Of a DNA stretch of 64,000 bases, positions 25,861 to 37,909 are shown one piece after another (the first letter of the stretch is position 1; each line of letters opens with the position of its first letter). Source of the stretch: Octopus sinensis (taxonomy: Eukaryota); the NCBI RefSeq assembly GCF_006345805.1, contig NC_043022.1, forward strand, positions 15,252,001 through 15,316,000, given 5' to 3'. The notes beneath the pieces were generated by a model. It was not told the DNA's origin, did not search any database, and was given only the letters and a program-made list of their open reading frames with translations. The position numbers were made by a program, and so were the translations under genes.

Positions 25861-26163
25861 CTTGGTAACGAGAAGTGAAGATGAACAATTGTGCATTGTT
25901 TAGGAATTTTTTTTTTTACATGGCAATGGAACGGAATGGTTCAAATCACGACAAGGACGGAGAAGGATTTCTAGCTTTGTATGTATATTTTGAAAAGGAT
26001 GTGTGTGCTAGTGTGTGTGTGCATGTGTGTGAGTGACTCTGAAAGAGTGTGTGTCCGTGCGTGCGAATATCCGAGAGAGAGAGAGTGTGTGTGTGACAGA
26101 GTGTGTGGGCACCTGTGTGTGTGAATATGTGAGAGAGAGAGTGTGTGTGTGTGTGCATAACGA

Positions 26164-26207
<44 letters not shown>

Positions 26208-26944
26208 AGATACATATATGTATATTACATGGTTGTTATATTTTTTTGATAACATAATAGGTTAGATAGGATGATGTCTATATTACAATATTACAATAAC
26301 CAATAATATGTTGTGCATGTATAGTTAATTACCATCGTGAGATTAGCATTAATGTATTTCACTCTTTATCACAGAACCCCTAGGAACCTTTTTACAGAAC
26401 CCTAGGGTTCCAGGGAACACCGGTTGAGAAACGTTGATCTAGACCCTATCTCTGTTTCAGTATAAGCATGAGGAATTATCACACTATCATATCTACCTCC
26501 ATCTTAACACAGGTACAACACAAACTTTCAGGACTCTGATGGTCCAGAACCTCCTGTGATCCTGACTAATTAATTAACTAAATTTAATATTTGTTTAACC
26601 CTTTAGCATTCAGATAACTATGTCAAATGTAATCCTTAATTATCCACATCGTTATGAATTAATCGCATTATCTTGTAGCTATGAGATTTCAATGATGTGA
26701 TTGTTTATTTTTAGAATGACATTGTAGGGTAGGTGTGAGAAGCTGAATCTAGTCAGTATCAACATAAACCTGGTAGAATATTCGGGCTGGATATGGTTCG
26801 GAAGAATTGGTAATATGGAAAGACTCTGGAGCCAGCCAATAGTTCCAGAAAATCAATGTTGTACCTGTATTAAATTTTGATTATCTTTATGAGAATGGAG
26901 ACATATGTGAGTGTATGTGTGTAATATTATACATACATACACAC

Positions 26945-26979
<35 letters not shown>

Positions 26980-27004
26980 TACATACATAAATACCCACAC
27001 ATAT

Positions 27005-27225
27005 ATGTGAGGGTGCTGAAAGGTTCCTAGCTTTAAGGGTATCACAAAAGGCCTGGTTAAAGGCCCAATCTTCTGAGTTCTTTTACAAGGCTTAGAAAAA
27101 CTGAAGGACCACTGCAATAAGTGTGTGAACCTGAGAGGGGAATATGTTGAATAAAATCATAATTAACTGATCCTCCTGTATTTTCTTTTACCCAAAGACA
27201 GGAACTTTTCGGACCCTCCCCTCTT
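27005..27225. mobile_element. Probable Tc1/mariner-derived MITE
   Basis: Imperfect TIRs gagggtgctgaaaggttcct / aggaacttttcggaccctc in TA context. Confidence 0.5.
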
Positions 27226-27674
27226 ATATACAACATTGGTTTCAGATTTTGGTACAAGGCCAACAATTTTAGGAGGGGAGGGGTAACTTGTTTAAATCGG
27301 CCCCAATGTTCAACAAGTACTTATTTTATTAACCCTGAAATGACAAAAGGTAAAATTGTCTGTGACCAAATTAAAGCATGGTATATTTACATCCCCATAA
27401 CTTAGCGGTTCAGCAAAAGAGTTCAATAGAATAAGTACTAGGGTCGATGTGCTCGACTAAAGGTGGTGCTCCAGCATGGCCACAGTCAAATGACTGAAAC
27501 AAGTAAAAGAGTAAAGAGAGTATGATAATGATGTAGATATAAATGTGTGTGTGTTTCGGAGTGGATGTGCATAAAGTAAACCAGTCAGTGTGCAAGGGTG
27601 CACGTGTGAGTGAATGTGTGAGTGAATGTGTCTGGGTGATCCCTGTCTTAGATAGAAACAGATTTTCAACTAAC

Positions 27675-27709
27675 CTCATTGCTACTCTCATTCTTCACAC
27701 TTTCCAAGA
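27675..27709 (-). CDS. aPKC: aPKC hinge exon (35 nt): (V)LESVKNESSNE
   Basis: ccctgacag acceptor, GAG|gttagt donor; supplies the phase 1 to 0 change needed to reach the kinase exon in frame. Confidence 0.75.
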
Positions 27710-28376
27710 CTGTCAGGGATGGCAACAACAATAACAACAACAGCATCAAGCATAAAGATTGGCGTTCACAGCAACCATGGTGTTGGCAGCAAAGCAGCAG
27801 CAGCGGCGGCAAGGATTGGTGGTGTAAATAGAAAAGAAAGAAAACAGAAAAATTCTTTAATCAAATGCAAAACGAAAATGGTTTCTTTCTCCACAATTCT
27901 ATCCTAAAAGCGGCAAGGATTGGGCCAACGAGAAACTGAAGTCAGCCGATTTAATATAGCAGCCAAGAAAAAAGCTTAAAACTGTCATTTGCTGCTTTAT
28001 TTCCGATGAAACACAGGGCCTTGTTTCAACTGAAAATATTGAAGAATTTACTAAAATAAATAATAGTTATCGCCATACTAATATGGCATTCTTATAAAAA
28101 TAAGAATAAAGCTGTCCGCTTATTAGCTCCATGAGGCCATCGCCTTAAGTTAGCTATTTGTTCGAAGGTTATATGGATACAGTTTGTGTATCAATAGCTA
28201 ACTTAAGGCGATGGCCTCATGGAGCTAATAAGCGGACAGCTTTATTCTTATTTTTATAAGAATGCCATATTAGTATGGCGATAACTATTATTTTCCGGGA
28301 ACGCTGCCGTTGTTCTCTTTTAGAGAGACTTAGTAATTTTAATATTTCTATTATTACTAAAATAACTTTATCATTA

Positions 28377-28782
28377 TAGGCGCAGGAGTGGCTGTGTGGT
28401 AAGTAGCTTGCTTACCAACCACATGGTTCCGGGTTCAGTCCCACTGCGTGGCATCTTGGGCAAGTGTCTTCTGCTATAGCCCCGGGCCGACCAATGCCTT
28501 GTGAGTGGATTTGGTAGACGGAAACTGAAAGAAGCCCGTCGTATATATGTATATATATATATGTATGTATGTGTGTGTGTTTGTGTGTCTGTGTTTGTCC
28601 CCCTAGCATTGCTTGACAACTGATGCTGGTGTGTTTACGTCCCCGTAACTTAGCGGTTCGGCAAAAGAGACCGATAGAATAAGTACTGGGCTTACAAAGA
28701 ATAAGTCCCGGGGTTGATTTGTTAGACTAAAGGCGGTGCTCCAGCATGGCCGCAGTCAAATGACTGAAACAAGTAAAAGAGT
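28377..28782 (+). mobile_element. SINE family A
   Basis: Full-length match. Confidence 0.88.
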
Positions 28783-29137
28783 ATTATGAAGCTGGTGCTT
28801 TGAACATAAATCAACATGAAAATTTGATGGACGGTTCCTTTATGTAGATCCCTTTAACTCTTTTGCTGCCATATTTCTGTTGAAATACATGGCTTTTGTT
28901 TCAATTAATTTTGATAATGATGAAGAATTTAGCAAAACAACTTTGTGATTATGAAGTTGGTGTTTGGGACATAACGTGAAATTTTGATGAAAATAAGGAG
29001 TTCCTGATAGAACTAGGGGGTGATCTGAGGGAGATCGGTACCAGCAGGGTTAAAACAGGAACACCACGTGCTGAAATTTGAAAGTGTTACTATTAATATT
29101 TTCATTGTTATAGTGTAATTATTCTTAATTATCTCAC

Positions 29138-29213
29138 CTGCAGAGTGTAATCCATTCTGAGAGGCTTCGTCTGTGTTGAGAGCAGGCTGTTCTTGGCGGA
29201 ACAGTGGTGTATC
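29138..29213 (-). CDS. aPKC: aPKC hinge exon (76 nt): DTPLFRQEQPALNTDEASQNGLHSA
   Basis: tttcttttctgtcag acceptor, CAG|gtgaga donor; phase 0 start matches C1 exon end; open frame. Confidence 0.82.
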
Positions 29214-29856
29214 CTGACAGAAAAGAAACGGTTGAATGGAAATCATCAAAGACATTGAACAAGCCACTCACAGACTTCCCCCATTCTCTCTCGCATCATC
29301 TTCACGTCACACACCAAGCTGTCTTTCAATCAGGGCTGTGGAGTCGAAACAAAAAACTTTGACTCCGACTCTTCTACCATTGGCACCTCCGACTCCTCTT
29401 AATGTGCTCTACACACTTCATAAAGCATATGTGTACGCTTGTGCTTTGAGCAGGCCAATGTGTCTTAACTGGTTTATATTAAAGAATATGGATATTGTGA
29501 GTCAGAGTCGGTATAGTTTTATCGACTCCAGCTACCCGTTAATTGTTTCTGACTTTGACTCCATCACTCTGACTCTGCAGCCCTGCTTTCAGTACACATG
29601 GCAGCAGGTGACACACTCACCCTCACTCCTTTCCTCATACCCCACATCAACAGATTCACATGACTCTCAATAAAATTAAGCAAATTTATAGGTGCAGGCG
29701 TGGCTGTGTGGTAACGAACTTTGCTTCCCAACCACATGGTTCCACGTTCAGTCCCACTGCGTGGCACCTTGGGCAAGTGTCTTCTACTACAGCCTCATGC
29801 CAACCAAAGCCTTGTGAGTGGATTTGGTAGATGGAAACTAAAGTGAAAGAAGCCTG

Positions 29857-29932
<76 letters not shown>

Positions 29933-30957
29933 GACAGGCTTAGTGGTTAGGGTGTTGTGCTCATGACTGCGAGATCATGGGTTCGATTCCCAGACCGGGC
30001 ATTGCATTGTGTTCTTGAGCAAAGCACTTCATTACACGTTGCTCTGGCATCATTTCGTCATCTGACATGTGGCACATGGTGCACCTGTACAGGTAATGTC
30101 AATTTGATGGAGCGGGTGAGCTTATGTCTACACAAACATTTGATCACAATAAACAATTCATCTGTGTGGTTGTTCCTGAACCCTCCTACGTTGTCTAATG
30201 ACGGGAGAGTCCATGATGTGTGTGTGTGTGTGTGTGTGTGTCGATTTGTTTCCCACCATCGCGTAAGAACTGGTGTTGGTGTGTTTACGTCCCTCTCGCT
30301 CAGCAGTTCAACAAGAGTGAACGATAGAATAAGAGTCAGAACCAGGTGCCTTGGAAGCAAATTTCTTACCAAAAGATCAAAATGTTGAAATATGAGCATC
30401 ATGAAGAACGAAACAGGGTGAAATGATGAAGCGAGAGAAATTATTGTGGACCTAGCGGGAATTAAAGGAAGGCAGGTGAGATGAGATGTATAAAGAGAGG
30501 AAAGGTGTTGGATGTGAAGAATGAATGGGATGCTGACAGAGAGAGGGGAATCCATTTTTTGGATCAGCAGAGGTGGTCATCAAGAAAGAAGATGAGAAAG
30601 CATCAAGAATAATGAAGAAAGGAAAAGTGAGAATGGTTGAGAGGAATTGTGAGAGATGGGTTAAAAGGAGCAGGAATTTGGGGGTGGATGAAAGATGATG
30701 GAAATCTGTGGCTTGGTGGTGCCAGAAGACCATATTCCAGGAGATTGGGGAGTTGGGTAATGTCGCTGCTTCTTTCAAGGGGAAAAAAGGGATTCCTTGG
30801 ACTGTGGCTTGCAGAGGGGAATAAAATTATGGGAGACTGGAAGGAAGGAACTGTGGAAGAATGTTGGAGTCAAAGATGAAGAAGGCAGTGAAGACCGATG
30901 GAATGGAGTTTGGATTTATGTCTGGAAGAAGAATGACAGATGGGGTTATTATTATGA

Positions 30958-31280
30958 GGTAGTTACAGGTGAAGGAGAGGGGACAGGTGAGTGAAAGAGA
31001 GGGGACAGGTGAGTGAAGGAGAGGGACAGGTAGTTACAGGTGAAAGAGAGGGGGCAAGTGAGTGAAGGAGAGGGACAGGTGAGTGAAGGAGAGGGAAAGG
31101 TAGTTACAGGTGAAGGAGAGGGGACAGGTGAGTGAAGGAGAGGGACAGGTAGTTACAGATGAAGGAGAGGAGACAGGAGAGGGAAAGGTAGTTACAGGTG
31201 AAGGAACAAGACAGGAGAGTGGAGTGGGACAGGAGAGTGAAGGAGTGAAACAGGTAGTTACAGGTGAAGGAACAGGACAT
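30958..31280. repeat. Purine-rich tandem repeat of gtagttacaggtgaaggagaggg(g)acaggtgagt-type units
   Basis: Repeated 20-30-bp modules visible directly. Confidence 0.9.
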
Positions 31281-32119
31281 GTTTGCTATTGTTGTTATAC
31301 ACAATGATGTGGAGTGGTCAATAATGTGAGAAGTTAATTTAATTGATTAATATAACGGAAATATTAGAGGTAACGACACTGACAACGGTAACAACAACAA
31401 AAATAACAACATCAAACAAGAACACAACCACAACAGCTGTAACATCAACATTATTAAAAATAACAACAACAACAGTCAACAATCACAACAATAATAACAA
31501 CAACACCAGTATGGTGGACTCTGCTGTCATAGATGACCAACAAGGGTTTTGTAATTTCTTGCTGGACATCCAGAGGGATGATTTGTTTATAGTGATCAAA
31601 TGTTTGTGTTGTACATTAAGCTCACACCGTCCATTAAATTGACATTACCTGTACAGGTGCACGAGTATATATAAAAATAAAAATAAATAAATGTTCCTTC
31701 TCGAGCCATGCCAGGCTCATAAGGGCCGGTTTCCCGGTTTCAGTGGCGTAGAAATTCCCCACCTGGACGGGACGCCGGTCCGACACAGGATTACTCACTT
31801 TTGCCAGCTGAGTGGACTGGAGCAATGTGAAAATGAAGTGTCTTGCTCAAGGACACAACGCATCGCCCGGTCCAGGAATCGAAACCACGACCTTGCGATC
31901 AACACCCTAACCACTAAGCCACGCGCCTCCACAGGTGCACGAGAATGTCATATGTCAGGTGTTGAAAAGAGCAACAAGAAATGTGTTTTTGCACAAAAAT
32001 ACAACGTACTACCCAGGCTGGGGATTGAACCCACTGTCGTGAGTGCAACACCATAACCACCAGGCTACGAACCTTCACAATAACAACAACAACAAGAAGA
32101 AAAAGGAAAACCAACTCAC

Positions 32120-32254
32120 CACCTGCATCTCTCCACATACTTGCTTCACCAGTTTGTGGCATCGCTTGTGCACTAACAGCTTGCAGTTGATGCATTTGTA
32201 CCCTTGACGGCCGAGACCCCAGATGCGGTCGGAGCAGAAATAGCAGACGGCTCT
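32120..32254 (-). CDS. aPKC: aPKC C1 exon (135 nt): [45 protein letters not shown]
   Basis: ttcttgacacag acceptor, GTG|gtgagt donor; Cys/His pattern of the atypical C1 domain. Confidence 0.96.
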
Positions 32255-32380
32255 CTGTGTCAAGAAATGAAAGGCGTTAAACTGGGCCCTGATGTAGTGC
32301 ACCGTCTTCACGACAAGCCGGACCAACGACACGATGGCTCTGGGCAGAACCGGAACCAGCTTGAGCAGCTTGAAAGCCAT
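32255..32380 (-). CDS. Candidate alternative N-terminus read directly into the C1 exon: [42 protein letters not shown]
   Basis: ATG-initiated, 42 open codons in frame with C1; GC/CpG-rich against AT-rich flanks. Confidence 0.5.
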
Positions 32381-33486
32381 CGACGACCGTTTCGAAAAAT
32401 GTCCAAATTAAATTCGACTAAAACTCAACTCAAACACAATAAAAACTACAATAATGATAATAATAATAATAATATTAATAATAATAATAATTATACAATA
32501 ATAATAATATTAATAATAATAATAATAATAATAATTATACAATAATAATAATAATAATGTTTTCTTTAATTAAAGAATAACAAAGGACACATAATTATTT
32601 AAAGAATAATGAACATTGCAATTTTATACATACACACATATATACACACATACATATATGTATATACATATGTGTGTGTATATGTTTGTGTGTGTTTGTG
32701 TGTGTAAATGTCTCTAAATAAATGTTCGTACATGTGGTTCACACGCACACCTGCTACATATACAAGTCTCTAAGCACATGTATAGATCTGCACATAAATA
32801 TGAATGTTTATATGAATGGATCGCATGGTTATACGTAGGTACATCTACAAGATACATGAATGGTGTTTGTTTGGTTTTTTTTTGTTAATTAACAAAATTA
32901 TTAAAATTACTAATTAATAAAAAGAAATTTCCTCTTAACGATCACGATCCAACCAGTTAGCTTTCCCCCCCGTTTTCTTTCTCAAAACTTTTCTTCCGCT
33001 TTCAAATTCTGTTCATAATTAATCCAATTAGCTGTCGAAGGTGATAACAACACCGCTGCTCGTTAACAGGATCACAGCACCTTAAAGAAAGACACCCCCC
33101 CAAATGTTTCCAGGTAACTTTGCAATGCTTTGGCACACTGGATGAGAGTCATAACAACAACACTGGAAGTCGGTGGAAGTCACTGTGATACCTGGTCGTC
33201 AGCTGGCGGCAAGAGTGCCCCGCAGAGAAAGATATACATAGATTATATCCATAGCCAGTGTGAAGGAAGGAGGGGGCAATCTATATACATACATAAATAG
33301 ACAGGTAGGTAGGTGTGTGTGTGTGTATTAGTGTATTAGTGCACTAACGTTCTTTATTTAATTTGAAGTGGAGATGAATTCAGAAAATAAAAACAGGAAA
33401 ATATACGAGACATCTTGAAAGACGATGAAATATACTGCGGAAGACATGTAACAGGTGTGCATTGAACAGCATGTGTTTATGAGGGC

Positions 33487-33535
<49 letters not shown>

Positions 33536-35017
33536 TAAATATATGCCAGTGTGTGTGTGCGAGAGTGTTTTGTGCGCGATCTGAAGTGCGGGATTTGCCT
33601 TAAGAAGAAATGATTGTTTGACTTTTTCTTCGTCTTGGTTTCCACATCACCAGTTTCCCCCACCTTCCTTCCGTTCCATTTTTCTCCTTCCCTCTTCTTC
33701 GAACAGTAGTAAACTAACAGGTTGGGTCAGCCTTCACAGTCGCTTTACAACAGACCGGTTTGTCATGGTAGGAGTGGTGGTGGTGGTGGTGGTAGTGGTT
33801 GAGCCACTGATATTAGCTGTAGTAGTGACTGGGGGGTGGAGTGCGGTAATATAAGTTGTATTTGAGATTGTAAAGGTACTGCTGACCATGGTGGTGGTGG
33901 TAGAAATAGCAGTGGTGATAGCAGTCTAGGTGGTAGTGGTGATTGTTGCGATGGCCAGGGCAACGCTGTGTAGTGATGTTGATGTTACAAGAGTCAGTGG
34001 TGGTGGTGATATCATCATCATCATCATTTAACGTCCGTTTTCCATGCCAGCATGGGTTGGACGGTTCGACCGGGGATCTGGGAAGCCAGGAGGTTGCGCC
34101 TGGCTCCAGTCTGATCTGGCAGTGTTTCTACAGCTGGATGCCCTTCCCAACGCCAACCACTCCGCGAGTGTAGTGGGTGCTTTTTTACGTGCCACAGGCA
34201 CAGGGGCCAGAAAAAACAAACAAAAAAAATTATGTGTGTGTATGTATGTATATGTGTGTGTGTTTGTCCTCCCAACATCGCTTGACAACCGATGCTGATG
34301 TGTTTACATCCCCGTAACCTAGCAGTTCGGTAAAAGAGACTTACAAAGGATAAGTCCTGGGGTCGATTTTGCTCAACTAAAGGCGGTGCTCCAGCATGGC
34401 CTCAGTCAAATGACTGAAGCAAATAAAAGAATAAAAGAATAATAAAAACCACTGCTGTAGAAATACAACAAAATGCCAGAGGCAGGCTTGAACTCACGTA
34501 GCCACTGGACGGATTGTTCATTACCTATTCAGTCATGCTGTTAATATAATCCCTAAGTAGGATCACCCTGAACAGTGACACAGGTATAATCCAATGAATG
34601 GGCTTCTACCCAGTTTCCATTTACCCATTTTCCACTTGCAGGTATTGGGTCACCCCAAGACTACAGAAAAAGGGGGGAAAAATCACTTGTCCAAGATGAC
34701 ATGCAATAGGAGTGAACCCAGGACCTCATGGTTGCAAAGCAAACTCCCGAACCATTCAGCCACGTTGTGGCCACAACACACTTGTGTGTATGTGTAAAGA
34801 TGTGCACCTGTGTATTTACTGCGTTCACACACACACACATATATATATGCATCTGTGTCTATTTCTAGACATGTGTGTGTAAGCCTGGTACTTATTCTAT
34901 CAGTCTCTTTTGCTGAACCACTAAGTTACGGGGATGTAAACACACCAGCATCAGTTGTCAAGCGATGATGGAGAGACAAAACACAGACGAACAGACAAAT
35001 TTATAGCATGTATTTAT

Positions 35018-35025
<8 letters not shown>

Positions 35026-35057
<32 letters not shown>

Positions 35058-35127
35058 GAAGAGAGAAAGATAGAGAGATAGAGAGCGAGATAGAGAGAGA
35101 GAGGAAGAGAGAAAGAGAGAGAGCGAA

Positions 35128-35158
<31 letters not shown>

Positions 35159-35455
35159 GAAGAGAGGAAGAGAGGAAGAGAGAGAGAGTGAGAGAAAAGA
35201 GAGAGAGAGTGAAAGAGAGAGTGAAAGAGAGAGTGAGAGAGAGAAAGAGAGAGAGTGAAAGAGAAAGAGAGAGAAAGAGGGAGAGAGTGAAAGAGAAAGA
35301 GAGAGAAAGAGAGAGTGAGAGAGAGAAGAGAGAGAGAGAGAGAAAGAGAGAGTGAAAGAAAGAGAGAGTGAAAGAGAGAGAGAGTGAAAGAGAGAGAGAG
35401 TGAAAGAGAGAGAGAGTGAAAGAGAGAGAGAGTGAAAGAGAGAGAGAGAGAGAAA
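35026..35455. repeat. (GA)-rich polypurine tract
   Basis: Direct reading. Confidence 0.95.
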
Positions 35456-35533
35456 AGGAGATATTGGGAGATTTGGCTGTTATATTAAGCAGGTCAAGAC
35501 ACAACAGAGAAATACATAGGAATCTGGCGTTAC

Positions 35534-35619
35534 CTTTGAGAACCGTTTTGCTTGGAATAAATGACCATTGATTCTGTACAGTTTTCTCCAACGCCTAGCA
35601 CCTCTCCGATAAATGTTAC
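35534..35619 (-). CDS. aPKC: aPKC pseudosubstrate exon (86 nt): [29 protein letters not shown]
   Basis: gttcag acceptor, AAG|gtaacg donor; canonical aPKC pseudosubstrate and first C1 His. Confidence 0.97.
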
Positions 35620-37140
35620 CTGAACACAGAGAAAGAGGAAACAAAGGTAAATTTGCAATTAACAAACTGAAAATATTAATTAACTCACCTCCTTGTACCA
35701 CGAGTGTACACCCTGACACCCCTGGAGTAGCCATGTATCTCCTCTACTACAAGACACCTGTTCTGCCGTCCAAGAATTTGGACCTGGAGATCTCCAATTC
35801 CAGCGACTTCAAGGGCCACCTCCCAGTGGTGTCGGGCACCAATGAAGAGCCCTCGACTACAACAAGACGACCAAAGTTTATTTTTCTTCCAAGATCTGGG
35901 GTCACCCGCCCCTAAGCCCTAGACCATCACCTAATCACCCTTACCTGTCTTGTTGCTTAGCAACAACAAGACACCTGTTCTTGTCCCTCTATCATACTTT
36001 GGTCTCCCATCATCAACTGGTGTAAAGCCACCTCCCTTAATACTTCTACTCCCACCACTTCTCAGTTGATGAGTCTTGTCTCGCAGATTACTTGGTGACC
36101 TCACTGGTGTTGGTGCCACATACAAAGCACCCAGTACACTGCATCCAGCCATAGAAGCCATGCCAAAGCAGACACTGGAGTTTGGTGCAGCCCTCAAGCT
36201 TTGTCAAATCTTGTCAAACCCATTTCTTTACTACCCACAAGGGGCTAAACACAGAAAGGACAAACAAGGACAGACAAACGGATTAAGTCGATTACATCGA
36301 TCCCAGTGCATAGCTGGTACTTAGTTTATCGACCCCAAAAGGATGAAAGGCAAAGTCGACCTCGGCGGAATTTGAATTCAGAACGTAACGGCAGACGAAA
36401 TACCGCTAAGCATTTCGCCCGGCGTGCTAGCAATTCTGCCATCCGACCCATGCCAGCATGGAAGATGGACTTTAACCCTTCACCATTCTAACCAGCCATA
36501 TCAGGCACAACTATTTAACCTGTTTTAGGGTGAAACTGGCTGGATCTGGCCTCTCAGACACATCCTACAATGTCATTCTAAAAACGTTTTGTGTTCGAAC
36601 AGGGCAGATCCGGCCTCTCACACGTACCTTACAATGTCATTCTAAAAACAATGCTTTACATTCGCACCAGCCAGAACAGGCCTCTCACACCTACCCTACA
36701 ATGTCAATACTAAAACTGAACAGTCGGATCACTGAAATCTCAAAGCTATGAGATAATCCAGGATTAATACAACGAAATGGTTAACCCATTAGCATTCAGA
36801 TTATTCCGTCAAACATAATGCCTATTGATTCCCATTGATTTGAATTAATCATGCATTATCTCATATCTTCAAGATCTTGATGGTGTAATTACCTAATGTA
36901 GAATAACATTGTAGGGTAGGTGTGAGAGCCTGGATCTGGTCAGTTTGAACATAAAACAGATTAAATATTTTGGTCGGTTTAATTACTAAAGGGTTAATGA
37001 TAAAAATGTAAGAGAATATTTTTAGACATCAGATGGCTATGAGGGTCTGGCAGAGTAAAGTAGGAATCGAAATGGGGTCGATAGGTAAAAAATGGGTGAG
37101 GACCCTGGTTCAGATGGTTTTATATTATCAATTGACTTAC

Positions 37141-37191
37141 GGTCTTCTCCATCACAGGGCATTCCTGGTCTGTCTGGCACATTAGGAAACA
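37141..37191 (-). CDS. aPKC: aPKC exon (51 nt): VFPNVPDRPGMPCDGED
   Basis: ttttcag acceptor, C|gtaagt donor, VFP..P.RPGMPC.GED motif. Confidence 0.95.
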
Positions 37192-37530
37192 CTGAAAAGA
37201 CACAAAAAGGAATAAAATGATACACAGGTAAGTAGGCAGACAGGTAGATATGAGCTAAATAAACAGAGAGACACAGGTGGATAGGCAGATAGGTCGACAG
37301 ACATAAGTGGATAGATGGAGGGGTATTAGCTAGAAAGACAGCTAGATAGGTAAACAGACAGGTAGATAAATACAGGTGAATAGATAGATATAGGTATTAG
37401 CTAGAAAGACAGCATGATACAGACATATAGCAAGACACACACACACAGGTGAATAGAGAGACAGGTGAATTGAAATAGATGGACAGGCAAGAATTAGACA
37501 GAAAAATAGACAGATATATATATATATATA

Positions 37531-37909
37531 CTAGCAGTATCGCCAGGCGTTGCTCGGGTTTGTAAGGGAAATAACTATATAAGCATTTTTAGAGAGTTAT
37601 AGCCAAAAAATAGCAAAAAATGGAAAAAAAATGGTAAATTTTTTTTTAAATCGTTGACTCATCGTAGACACTTTTAGAGAGTTACTTCCCTTATATAATA
37701 GCGAAAAAATGCATTAAAATGGAAAAAAATGGTAAATTTTTTTTAAATCGTAGACTCATCGTAGACGCGCACTAATACCCAGAAGGGCTCGATATGAATC
37801 ACGACTATAAGATACCCGGTTTTGGTTAAACTGCACCGCAAACTGTGGGAGTAGTTAGGAATCTAAATCGTAGGAGACAGACACACAACTTCACTTTTAT
37901 ATATAAAGA
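37531..37909 (-). mobile_element. Non-autonomous Helitron-like element
   Basis: TC...hairpin-CTAG termini, A|T target. Confidence 0.75.

Noticed and set aside
30958-31280. Multiple CAG|GTGAGT consensus donors
   Set aside because: They are on the plus strand, antisense to aPKC, and are units of a tandem repeat.
32204-32545. 113-aa plus-strand ORF
   Set aside because: Antisense shadow of the GC-rich C1 region, running into an AAT microsatellite.
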